DNA of 63,189 nucleotides, filler included, from Saprolegnia diclina VS20 (lineage: Eukaryota): the NCBI RefSeq assembly GCF_000281045.1. It is 9 parts of 2 records of this genome, joined end to end, with 100 filler letters (N's around TTAATTAATTAA, not from the genome) between each part and the next. Parts side by side here need not be neighbours in the genome. Positions count along the whole stretch, not along the records: positions 15,285 to 28,281 come from NW_008246068.1; positions 28,382 to 44,292 come from NW_008246068.1; 7 more parts are not named here. One strand, given 5' to 3'. Of the stretch, positions 23,320-34,909 are shown piece by piece. Position numbers and translations under genes: made by a program. How positions within the stretch are numbered: position 1 is the first letter of the stretch; the number at the start of each line of letters is the position of its first letter. Below the pieces are notes generated by a model that saw only the letters and a program-made list of their open reading frames with translations, was not told the DNA's origin and made no database searches.

Positions 23320-24822
23320 ATGGGGCACGACGGCGACGACGACGAGGTGCTGTGCCGCTACTGCTTTGGCGACGAGGCCGACGGGCCGCTCATCTCACCG
23401 TGCAAGTGCTCTGGCGGTGCGCCTATCTCGTGCCCTCCTCGCCGGCGATGATTCATGATCCTTGTGCTAGGCCAAAAATTTGTGCACCTCGACTGCCTCC
23501 GGCGCTGGCAGCGCATGGTGCTCGTCTCGCAGCCGACGCACCCCGCCTTCTACACGGACGACAAGCGCCACCACATTTGCAACGTCTGCCTTGCGCGCTA
23601 CACATGCCCGCCACCGACGCGCGCCGAGCTCATGGCGTCCTTTACTGGCCCCGAGATTGCGGCGCTCATCGAGACGCACCGCCTCATCGCCGCGAGCCCT
23701 GGCTTTTCTGAGATGCTCGAAGCCGACCGCAACGCCGACAATGAACCACGCATTCGGCGCCGCCCGTCGAGCAGCTACGATTTTTGGTTCCACGGTGTGT
23801 ACCTCATCAGCCAGCTCATGTCGGACAGCGGGGAAATGGAGCTCTCGCTGCCCAACGACGCGCTCCTCAACAACTTTCGCCGGCGCTTGACGCCCGACCC
23901 GGACGACCCGAGCCGCCTTGAAATGCATTTTCACGGCGCGCTGTACGTGGTGACCTTGCGCGGGTCGCTCGACGGCGTCGCGCCTGCTGACGTTCCGACC
24001 GCAATGGCCGCGCTCACGCCCCCCGCGACGCTCTATCTGCAGCAAAAGGACTCGCTCGCAACGTGCGCGGACGACCACGTGACGGCCGTGTGCATCTCGC
24101 GCCCGCTAGTGCATCTGGACGCGGCGCAGGAGGCGGTCGCGTCGGCCATTCGCCGGCTCGGGCTCGCCTACCCGACACTGCGCCGGTCCTTGCTCGATGA
24201 CACGATTCAAGTGCAGCATTTCGCCGGCGGGCCCTGTGACCCGCAGCGCATCTCGACCTGCCTCGTCCTCGGCGGCGCGCTGCGCGGGTACACGCTCCTT
24301 CCGTCGCTGGACGACGCCCTTCTCCACACCTATCGCCTCTTTGCTCCAGTACCAGACTCTACGCTCTGGCCGGGGCAAGCAGTGCGCATCCAAGGGCTTG
24401 TCTCGCGCCCCGAGATGAACGGCGAGCTCGGCATGGCGCTCAAGTTTGACCCGAAAGCATTGCGGTGGCAAGTCCGCCTCGTCAATTCAACCGACGGCAT
24501 CAAGGTCAAGCCCAGTAACCTCGAGGTCCTCGGAGCGCCCAAGCCAACCGTGTATGTGTTTTGGGGCGACGCGCAGTGGACGCGTGCGCAGCTCCTTGGT
24601 GAAATCGCCCGGGGGAGCTGGGGCCTCTGCCGCGCGATGGTCGACGACATGCTTCGCAGCCCGTGCGAGCGCTGGGACGCCCTCCAGTGCGAAGGTCGCC
24701 TGGCATTTGCGCCAGTGTCTGAGATGACGGAGGACTATGTGCGCCAGGCCACCGACGAAATGGTAGCCTTGCGCTCGAACGCTGTCGCTGCCGACGAAGC
24801 CACGACCGTCGACACCGCCTAG
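23320..24822 (+). CDS. RING-CH (RINGv) protein with AlgH/YqgE (DUF179)-like domain and SH3/KOW-like insert
   Basis: CRYC...PCKCSGGQKFVHLDCLRRW...CNVC after one intron. AlgH-like motifs LIAASP, FHGVYLI, AVCISRP, FAGGP and VFWGDAQWTRAQLLGEIARGSW. Confidence 0.8.
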
Positions 24823-24955
24823 TCGGCGGTTCGATCCCGCCACTGCTACGTTTTTGCCTCGATTTTTCCCTCGATTTTGCGTGTGGTAACAAGGATGCCT
24901 TGACTTACGATGCGGCCACTGCGACATTTAACCCTTGGTTCTATGACCGTGTTAG

Positions 24956-26550
24956 TTAGTGCTCGAGAAATAGCAAGTCCGAGAGCAAATGCTGGATCGT
25001 GCGCCGGGCCTCGGGCGTCGGCAGCGTCATCCACATACCCATCGCATCCGACGCCGGCGTGAGGTACGCTGTGGGTGCATACACCAGCTCGGCGAACGCG
25101 CGGGCGAGCTTCTCAACCTCGAGGCTGTTGTGGTACATGGTGGACGCGCGCTGCTTGGGGCACATGCTCAGTAGCGCGTCGTCGCGGGCAAAGACGAGGT
25201 AGTCGTCGGCCGTCGGTGACGCATGGACAAGGCGAATGTTGGGCGAGAACGTCGGGACGTCCGGTGGCCGGCTCACGTGGCATTCCGAGCAAATGCGGAT
25301 CTGGACCGAGTGCGACTGCAGTGGCAAGACGAACGGGCGTAGGCGCGAGCAGCCGTTGCAGACGACTTCGCCACACTAGGGTTAGGTTTAAAAGCATGCG
25401 CCATGGCGGTTCGAAGCGCGTACCATGCGGCAGTGGTGCTTGCGTCGAAATGGAAATGAAAACTTGCGGCGGCAGACGCGACACCCGCTGCGCGCATGGT
25501 TGGGCACCCAGTCGCGCGGGTCGAGCATGAGACTGCTCGCGGACGAAAATGAGTGCGGACGCGGCGACAGCATCGCGCTAGTCCGTGCTTGGCTCAATGT
25601 GCGCGCGTGGGCAGTGTGGTTCTCGGTCTCGGACCCGCGGAGGAGTAGCATCTCGCGCGGCGTTGCGCAGTTGCGACGCGGTACCCGCCCCATTGGCGGT
25701 ATGTTGAGCAGCTCGGCGGCGACTAGCCGCGCAAGGAGGAGGAGGAGGTCGGTCTCCATGTCGCTCCACTGCCGCCGCGGCGACGGACCCATGAGGCACA
25801 CTGTTCCGATCGCGGCGTCGTTGACTAAGATGGGCGCGCCGGCGTAAAACTGGACGCCGTGCGCCAGCACGAACGAGTTCGTTGCGTACTTGGTGGGCGC
25901 GGCCGCCAAGTCGACGTAGACCTGCATGGACTGTGAAGGCAAGCAGAAGAGATCACAAGGCGACGTACGTTGAGGTGCTTGGACGTAATCGCGACGTTGC
26001 AGAGGGCGTCGGCCCGCGGAAGGCACGGGAGGCTGCGTACACCGACCGCGGCCTGGAAGACGTGCACGTTGGCCTCCATAAAGGTCACGGCGACGATTGG
26101 GCTATGGAACGCGTCGGCCGCAAAGTGGCAGAGCGCGTCAAGGCCTTGCTGAAACGCCTCTGGTCGAAGGCTCATGACGTCCAAGGCCGTGTGCAGCATC
26201 GCGAGCCGCTGGCGCTCGGTCGCGTGCAGTGGCGATGGCGTGTCGTAGGCTGGCAGCGACGGCGCGCTGCGGCGGTGCGAGCACTCGTGGCAGCATTTGG
26301 CGAAGCGGCCCGAGAGCTTGACCGAGTTGGGCGGCTTCTTGCTCAAGCATTGCTTGCACACCGAGCCTTGGCACTACAGGTCGATGGATGATATACACGG
26401 CGCACGAGGATGGGCTACCATGCGGCAGACGTGGCGATGCCGGAGAAAGTGAAACGCGCGCTGGCAGAGCGCGCAGGCCGACGGCGTCGGCGTCGGCTCC
26501 ACCCACTCGAGCGACTGCAGCGGGCTCTCGAGACGGACGCTGCTTGGCAT
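24956..26550 (-). CDS. FYVE-GAF-FYVE protein
   Basis: FYVE 1 (WVEP...CALC...RHRHVCRM), GAF (ERQRLAML...FYAGAPILVNDAAIGTVCLM), FYVE 2 (DWVPN...CRVC...RRKHHCRM...CSEC); short introns. Confidence 0.85.
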
Positions 26551-28381
26551 GCTGCGGCAAATGTGGATTTCGTAGAGTGAGCAACTTGCGCGCATAAAAG
26601 ATACACCCGAGCGATATGATTTGTTGGAGGTTTCGCACCCACACTGTCTCAGACGACCGAGATCTTCTCACAAGTGTCTCGAATGGCGCCACCCCCGCGG
26701 GCGATGAGTCGTCCTGGGCTGATCGTTCGCCGGGGATAGGACGACGATTGCGATCTGTGGACAGCAGCACCCCATCAAGCGTGAGGCAATGTGGCCGGAG
26801 CGTCCGAATTCTGGTGAAATCTGGCGGGACGGTGACGCAGCAAGATTATTGCGTCATGTTGATCGCAGCAAGGGTACTGGCTTGTACCACATTAGACGCC
26901 TCTGTAATTTGGCTAACTCGCATCCCAAATACTTGGCCAAACTCAACAGCGGACGCTTTGGGTGAGCTTGCCGCGGCTATAGCACGAACTGTCTATTGAC
27001 TCCACCAGAGCACAATGTATGAAAAGCAAGTCATTCAATGTGATGGCGACTAATCCGAGTGGGCTTTGGCATCTGGAATCGACGACCGGCAACGTTGGTA
27101 GAAACACACGCCACTCGCACAAAGCTGATCGGTACTGGAAAGAGAGCGTAGTCGAGAGAGCTAGTCGAGAGCTGCACGAAAGAAGCGTCTTGCTTCACAT
27201 GACGTGTATGTGGGCCGCACTGCACCGTCCTTGCCAGTACTGACGACCAAACAAGATGCGAGACGGACTTGAGAATATACGACCTCTCAGAATAAATACG
27301 CGTTTAGTGCAACACCTATAAAATCGCTGCATAAATACGAAGGCGTTGGCGCCATCAAGACATTCCTTCATGGAGCTCTCGGTGCTTCACTCAACGCTTG
27401 TCGAGGCCACATCCTATGGTGTGACGTACTTGGGGCCAGTGCGACGTCAGCGCGGCGAGCTCGCATTGGCCAACGGCAACCCACGTGCTTTCGACGACGC
27501 TGGCGATCGGCCGCAATGGCCAGATCCACTCCCACACCCCAATGGACAACGACGGATAGTGTCGGCACGAGTCCATATTGGAGCAGAGTTCGTACAAGGA
27601 GGCATTCCTTTATCCTAGCGACAGGCGCAGACCTCGTCAAGCGCTCGCAAGCATGCGTCTCCCGAGTAAATCTCATCGCCCACTCCACGACTGACTCTTG
27701 TTGGCTCTGCGCTCGCCGCAACGGTGGTCGTGCTCGGTCCTACACCACGGCGACGTGAGTGACCTTCCCGCTGCTGCGCTCGCGATCAAAGCCGCCACTA
27801 TCACGCGATTGCATATCCGGCACTTGGCTCGCCGCGCCGTGGTGCCCTCGCTTGCTGAGTCGCTTCATGCCCTACGTGCCGACCCTTGGTGTGCTCGCCA
27901 CCTCATTCCTCACTCAATCCCGAGCCCCGACCAAGCGCCCCCAACGTGACGTACCGGCAAACCTCATGAGCGCATTAGAAAGTCCACCATCTTCACTATA
28001 TAATTGCATGTTAATAACTCATTTCAACAACAACAGCGACGTGAGTGACGTGCGAACTTCAGCAAGCTTTCCATGAGACGAGCAGGTTCCAACGTCCGAC
28101 AGCGGTGCAATTCGATGTGGGGGTCGCAAGCAGCTGTTGTCGACCAAAGCCGCGCCGCATGTAGACGGCAGAGAGGCGCGCCACCTGTACGCTTGGATGG
28201 GCGATGGAGCTTCCTTGGGAGTACTGGGGGCATGCGCGGAATTACTTGGCGATTAACATGTCGGATGCGACAACGACGCAGNNNNNNNNNNNNNNNNNNN
28301 NNNNNNNNNNNNNNNNNNNNNNNNNTTAATTAATTAANNNNNNNNNNNNNNNNNNNNNNNNNNNNNNNNNNNNNNNNNNNN

Positions 28382-28638
28382 ACGACGTGGCCGCACTAGA
28401 GGCCATCGTGAGAGGGATCGTCGACGACGTCATTGCATACCATTTGGCAGTTGTGTTTGCGACGAAAGGTCGTAAAGGCTTTCGTGCACTCATGGCACGC
28501 GTGGCAGCCTTTCGTGGGCTGGTACAAGTGCGGCATGAGGAGCTGGTCTTGCCGCAAGATGCGCGACGGCTTGTCGCCTTCGCCGTCGACCATATTCTCG
28601 ACAAAGATGTGGTTGTAGCTGCTCATCGCCATCGCCAT
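28382..28638 (-). CDS. FYVE-domain protein, 5' part (remainder in or after gap)
   Basis: CHECTKAFTTFRRKHNCQM, then an intron and CGHV up to the gap. Confidence 0.72.
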
Positions 28639-30304
28639 CGTCGTTGCCTCGGGCGGCCGAATGCTCAAATGATGCAAAAGAAGGTGACAGGGTACCAATC
28701 GAAGTTCGAAGGTAAAGGCGCGCGTGAGTTTGCCGTTGAAGCCGCAAGCCGTGGGATGTTGCTTCGAGAAAACTTCGGTTGCACACTCACCGTCGTTGAA
28801 GCGGCTGCAAGCCAAAAGCTGATCGGGCGCGCGAACGCCTGTCAACACCACGCGTGCTACGTCCCACACCGCTATGGTCTCGTCGCCGATGGAGACGAAG
28901 GAATACTTGGGTACTTTTATCGCGGGCGAGGATCGGCGTCTCGAACTGTACATTAGTTGGAGTCGGCATACCCACACGCCATCATTCCATTTGTTTATTG
29001 ACCGGTGAGAGCGAGTAACTCGACACCTCCCGACACCGCTCGGCCGCGCACCACCACGTGGCGCCGAACGCGTCTACGGCCAGACGTAAAAGCCAGCAGT
29101 GTTGAGCCCCAAATCCCCATTCAGCACGTAGGTGGGCTGTTACGTCACCACCTACTTCGACATTCGTATTCGTCGTCGTCGTCGTCGTCTGGCAACAAGG
29201 CACTGTCGAGTCTCCCTTGTAATACGAGCTGCGGACACGGCGCGCGGATGGCAGGCCCGAGAGTAGTCGTGGGCGCAATCGATGTGGCTTCGCACCTCCA
29301 CTTTATGTGCGTGTTTATTCTGATATCGACGCCACAAGAGTAGCAGCTGGGCCTCGCGCCACCGTATGTTTGGACGATGGCGTTTCCTTTGACGGCGATC
29401 CCACGCGTCCGTCGTGAGACCGACCTTCGTAACTCGGTCGTCTTGGATGCGATTGCTTGGAGAATGGACCATGGTGTTCTGTCTACTACCTTGGCCTTGG
29501 ACGATACAGTTCCGGCGTACTATGACTCGAGAATTGACAAAAAGGCGGTGGCTTCTAAAAGAGTAGCTTTGCGGGCAACTGCCCAAACGCACGACGACGA
29601 CACCACGTTTACACGCGTACCGTGTAGATGGGTCCTCGAGATGGCGCGTTCCTCTCAGTGCCTCTCTCGAGTAGCAACTTACATGGGACAACCGGAGAGG
29701 ACGTTTTCAATGGCCCGTAGAAGCGCTGTCAGCCGCTTTGGCCGCAAAGATCATCGTCGAACGCAGTTCTTTGCGTGTAATTCAGAGTCTGGCCATCTCT
29801 TTCAGACGCGCGAAAGAAAGAAGAGCGAACACCACCATTGCAGCTCTGGCGAGCAAGCAGCGCCAGTCCAGTTTGCTATGAATTATCTGGACCAAGACCC
29901 ACTGTAGCGAGAAGGCGCGCTGGCCCTCTTAGTACGTGCAAGTCACCTTCAACCGAGCCCCCTTGAAAGAGAACAGAATGGCGACGCAAGAGACGATATT
30001 CGCCGTCTGCCGTCCGACGACAGGACGCTCTATGCACGTCAGCCTGCTGATCCGCAGCCTGTCCGCACTGCCAGCAGCGTCGTGGATTTACTTCCCTCGC
30101 CCAAACCAAGAAACCAAGACCGCCATCCGGCACAAGATACTCACATGTTGATATTTGTATGTTGNNNNNNNNNNNNNNNNNNNNNNNNNNNNNNNNNNNN
30201 NNNNNNNNNNNNNNNNNNNNNNNNNNNNNNNNNNNNNNNNNNNNNNNNNNNNNNNNNNNNNNNNNNNNNNNNNNNNNNNNNNNNNNNNNNNNNNNNNNNN
30301 NNNN

Positions 30305-31172
30305 GCCTTGCACTGTCTTTACTGCCGCGCGACGCAGCCACGGCCAGCCTCATCGACATTGGTTGCGGGTCCGGCCTCTCGACCGCCCACTTGCCGGCGC
30401 ACGCCGTCGGCATTGACATGAGTCTCTCGATGTTGCAGATCGCGACGCGTAGCACGGCTTCGTCCTTTGTCTGCGGCGCCGCCATGGACCTGCCGTTCCG
30501 AGACAGGATGTTTGATCACGCGATTAGCATCTCGATGCTGCAGTGGCTCTCGGAGAAGCAACTGCAGCGCTTCTTCCAGGAGCTTTCCCGCGTCCTCCAC
30601 CCGCATGGCACGGCGGTGTTTCAAGTGTACCCGCTGGACGAGGCGCATGCGCGTGAGATGGTGCGAGCGGCCAGAGCAACGCAGAAGCGCGCAACATTTG
30701 TCGCCGACTTTCCGCATCAGAACAGCGCGCTCAAGTGGTTTCTCTGCGTCGAGCCTGGTACTACCAATAGCACCGAAGGCAAAAGCAACGACGAAATGTG
30801 CCCGCTCGCCCGGCGCATGCACGGCACGTGCGCCTACCGCTTTCGCAGCGCGCGCCACCTGGACGCGGGCCGCCTCGTCCACGAGCACGTACAGTACGCG
30901 TGGCATGCGTACCGCAAGGTGACGCGTGGCATGCGTACCGCAAGGTGACGCGGGCTCGAGTGCTCGCTGCGTCGACGCCGTCGACCAAGCACTTGAACGA
31001 GCGCCGCATCTTCCCCAACGAAGAGGCCCTCGTGGATGCACTCGTGGCGGCGCACGGCCCGAGACTGTCGCTCGATGTACTCAAAAGCGCGAGTGATGAG
31101 GTCATTTGCTTGATGCACGCCACATACACGGCCGCCGAAGCAGCGAGTCCTACCCAGGAAGCGTCCGACTAG
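30305..31172 (+). CDS. Class I SAM-dependent methyltransferase, BUD23/WBSCR22-like; 5' end in gap, frameshifting 26-bp duplication near 3' end
   Basis: LIDIGCGSGLS motif I, DHAISISMLQWL, AVFQVYP and VADFP resemble the Bud23 core; the C-terminal extension is unlike canonical Bud23. Confidence 0.75.
30901..30952 (+). repeat. Perfect 26-bp tandem duplication
   Basis: TGGCATGCGTACCGCAAGGTGACGCG twice. Confidence 0.95.
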
Positions 31173-32107
31173 AGTTGTAGTGGTAGAGTAGTATAAATGA
31201 TCTCGACGAGGTTGACGCCGACTAGACGTCATGAGAGTGTCTTCTCAGCATAAACACTAGCTCGCGCCACGAGACAGCAAAGGAGATGTGTAGTACACTT
31301 ACGCAAGGATGCAGATGCAAACATCGGAGTGATGACGTGGCGCTACGAAATGCGATGAACCGGCTTTTCTCCAGGATACTACCATAGCTGGGTACGCGGT
31401 CACCCCTCTCTTCTTCTTTCTACTAAAACGAGGCGTACACAAATGTGGCTTGGACTAGCCCATTTGACGAATCCAGCAGCTGGGATCGTCGCAGCGTCGA
31501 CCAGACTTGGGCGAACGACGACGCACTGCTTCGCCCAGCACTGTGGCACTGTGGTGGTCTGGGCACTATCTCATGCAAAAGCTTGCGCGGTGCATGTGTT
31601 CTTGGCCGTCTTGATCGTCAGCCGCAAAAGCCTCGGCAAGCCAGCGATCGAAGCTGGGTGCGAGCAATCGAAGCTAGGTGCCGAGCGATCGAAACTTCCT
31701 TTTTCCTATGCTAACACCACTCGAAACACGTGCCTTTGCGCAACGAACCAAGCTGCCGTGCCGTCAAGAGTTCAGAGAATCGACCCACAACTTGCGAGCG
31801 TCGTACCTTGCGGTACGTACACCGCCGGCCTCCCTACAACTGGGCGTAGGATCGATCCCTGGTTCGATCGACCACGTCGTGTTTTTTACGTCCTAACGTT
31901 ATTGCTCAGATTCATGTATACGGCACCGGGTATAGTCGTCGACTGCAACTCCACGTGTCGACGACACGACTTTTGGCTCTACCCGGTGGAGACAAGAGAA
32001 GACTACATCCCTCATGCTCTATCTCTCGACCAACTACTACTAGCACTGGTATTGCATCGTCTTTAAGGCAGTTTGCACATATCCTGTGGTAATGACGAGG
32101 TGCTTCG

Positions 32108-32598
32108 CTACTCGATGGGAGTCATGGTTCGCCACTCGGGGTTTTCCTTCCACATGCGCGAATCGCCAGCGTACTTTTCCAGCTTCCAGATCGGCACGCG
32201 GGCCTTGAGCGTGTCGATCGCGTAGGCCACCGCCTCGAGCGCCTCGCGGCGGTGCGGCGACGAGACAGCAAGGACCACGCTCGCCTCGCCGACCGCCACG
32301 ACGCCCAACCGATGCATCATCGCGACGCCCACGACGCCAGGCCACTGCCGCCGGATCGACGCGCAAATCGCCAAGAGCTCTTTCTCGGCCATCGGCACAT
32401 ACCCTTCGTACTCGAGGTACTCGACGACCTTGCCTATGGCAGCGTAAGCCGACGACGGCGCGCAAGCCACGTACCATTGAACGAGTCGCGGGTCGTGCCA
32501 ATGAAGGTCGAGATCGCACCCGCGCTCGCATGCTCGACATGCCGGACAGCGTCGTCGACGCTCAGCGGCGCCGGGGTCACGACCACGTAGTCGGTCAT
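32108..32598 (-). CDS. MOCS2: Molybdopterin synthase catalytic subunit (MoaE/MOCS2B), 2 exons
   Basis: GAISTFIGTTRDSFNG|KVVEYLEYEGYVPMA, HRLGVVAVGEASV, SSPHRREA, IDTLKARVPIWKLEKY, WKENPE. Confidence 0.95.
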
Positions 32599-32921
32599 GG
32601 CAGGCTCGTCTGGATTCTGATTGGCTCCTTGATTCTCAAAGCGACGGCTTTTGAGCTCAAACGGCACTGTGGCCTGGTTGATAACGCCGGAATGTCCTGA
32701 AAGCCTGAAATAAGACTTCATATTCCTAAATAAGATCTTAGTATCCTAAATAAGATTCGCGGCCTTTCGGGGCCAGCTTCAACGTGTCTTCAACCACACC
32801 TCCTGTTGGATGCACAGGTTGTCACAACGACTAATGTACTGACCTCTGCTCTATCGATCGTCCACACTAACGACTAATGCCTCCAACACACGAGTACACA
32901 CAATATACATGTTGCGTCGAG

Positions 32922-34621
32922 CTAGACTGCAGCGGCGGGGCCAACCAAGATGGCCCGGGGTTGCTCGTCGGGGGAGCCATGGGACCCGTACCGTGCGACG
33001 CCATCCGACTCGTTCTCTTCGTCCGGCATGGCCACGAGCGTCTGGTCTTCGCCGGACGTCATCGCCTGTCCGGTCATCGCATTGTCGTCACTGTCATGAC
33101 ACGCGGACGGACAAAAGCACCAGACACAGAGCCCGACGGGGAGCAGTGGTAAACACGCTGCGAGGACGAAGGGCGACATGAGCGCATACCCCGAGACGCA
33201 AAAGCAGCTCGCAAACGCCGACCGGGCAAAAGCTCTGCCGCGCAGACAGCACGGAATGCAGCAGCAGCTGAGAATGCTGAAGGCCAGCGTGAGAGCGAGC
33301 GCCGGGGGACCAAAGAGGAGGCAGAGCAAGATGCGCCACGAAAATGAGAGCATTTTGGAGACCGTGCTCGGGCCTTCGACCGCGGTCTCGGACATTTGGG
33401 CACCCGCGCAGCCCCGCAAGTTCCACCACTAGTGGTCGAAATAGTATCAATATCGTATCAACCAGATTTTGGAGGGGAAAATGTACCTGAAAATGTTCGG
33501 GAAAGACGCCGTCGTCGACCTTTTCGCCACAAAGCCAGCAAAAGTGCACACCGCACGTGACGCACTTCATTTGGTTGCAGCCGCCTACACGAAAGTTTAG
33601 TGTAAAAACATGAAAAAGTCGGCAAAATACCGTTTTTTTCGACGGGACTCTTGCAGCCTGGGCACGGCTTGGAGATTTGGCTGATCTTGGCCTGGTTCAC
33701 CTTGTCTTCGGCGCGCATCTTGGCCTCGTACGCGAGGCACGTCGAGTTCGGATGCGCGTTCGAGTGGGTATAACAAAACGACTCGCCGCACTGCATGCAG
33801 TCCATATGCGGGTCGTCCGGGCCATTCCCGACCTGCAGCAAATGGCAGTGCGGGCACTCGCGCGCGTCGGCGTGGGCCTTGATGAACTTAAACTTCTCGT
33901 ACTTTTCAAATACCTCTGTCGACACGAGCGCCTGGACGTCGCTCGGCGGAATGACCGCTTCGCACGGATGGCCGTCGCTGTCGGCGAAGAAGCACTTGGG
34001 CGCAATGAGCCCGTCCGCGATCTTGTTGGCGAGGTACCCGTGGATGCAGTCGGCGCAGAAGCGATGCCCGCACACCGAGAGCGCGACTGTTGAGGCGATG
34101 TCGACGTACTCGAGGCAGATCTGGCAGTAGCTCGTCTCTGCCATGCCGAGCCCAAGCATGGTGCTCATCGACCGCAGAAAACTCAGCGAGTTGCGCTCGT
34201 CGCCGACGCCGCGGCCACTCATGCTCGTGTTGATCGAGTTGTTGTTGGTGTTGCCGAGGATGAGCGAGCTCGACGCCGACATGGACGACGACACGCGCTG
34301 AAGCAGGCGCGACGACGACCGCTGCGACGCCGACCGCCCCGGCAGCGATGACAGCCGAACAAAGGCGCTTGTTGACGTCTCGCTCTCGCGGGCGCGGCTG
34401 GTCCGCGCGTGGCGATCCTGCGCCGCCGCCATCGACCGAAGCTGCGCCAAGATCTCCTGGTGCGCCGCCGTCGCATACAAGTACGGGTACCGCGCCGCAT
34501 GGGCCTCGACGGTCGCGAGCGCCGTCGGCAGCTCGTCCCGCGTGAGCGAGGCGACGTCCATAGCGCAAAGCACATCGAGCACGTCCTCGGGCGTCCCGGC
34601 GCCGGCCAAGTCCCGCTCCAT
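32922..34621 (-). CDS. RBR E3 ubiquitin ligase with C-terminal membrane anchor (RNF144/RNF217-like)
   Basis: RING1 (CQIC...CGHRFCADC), IBR (CPHC...CMQCGESFC), RING2 (CPGC...GGCNQMKCVTCGVHFCWLC), then hydrophobic Cys-rich helices. Confidence 0.88.
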
Positions 34622-34909
34622 CCTTGTGTTCGGATTGTGGATTTGTCCCAAGGCGGCGAGGTATCCGGATAATATCAGACGGCTAATCGCACCCAACACT
34701 GCCGGCTTTCAAGTCTAGGTATCACTTGCCCCGAGCTTTGCCCCGTCCCTGCGACGTCCATACAAATAGTGCACGCCATCTCGTTGCATGTCGATATGAT
34801 TGCCCACCGTACCGCAGCGTTTTCACTGCCGTCGTGCACGCTCCATCCTGGCAAAATGGTGCAAAATGGCGTGGGTTTAGACAGGGCCCATCACATAGAT
34901 CACCTCAAG

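Noticed and set aside
26900..28281. Scattered short ORFs
   Set aside because: No consistent frame or recognisable domain; could not be linked to the FYVE fragment across the gap.
33560..33585. RBR RING2 reads GGCNQM rather than GGCNHM
   Set aside because: The catalytic Cys is intact, and Gln at this position also occurs in RNF144-type ligases.
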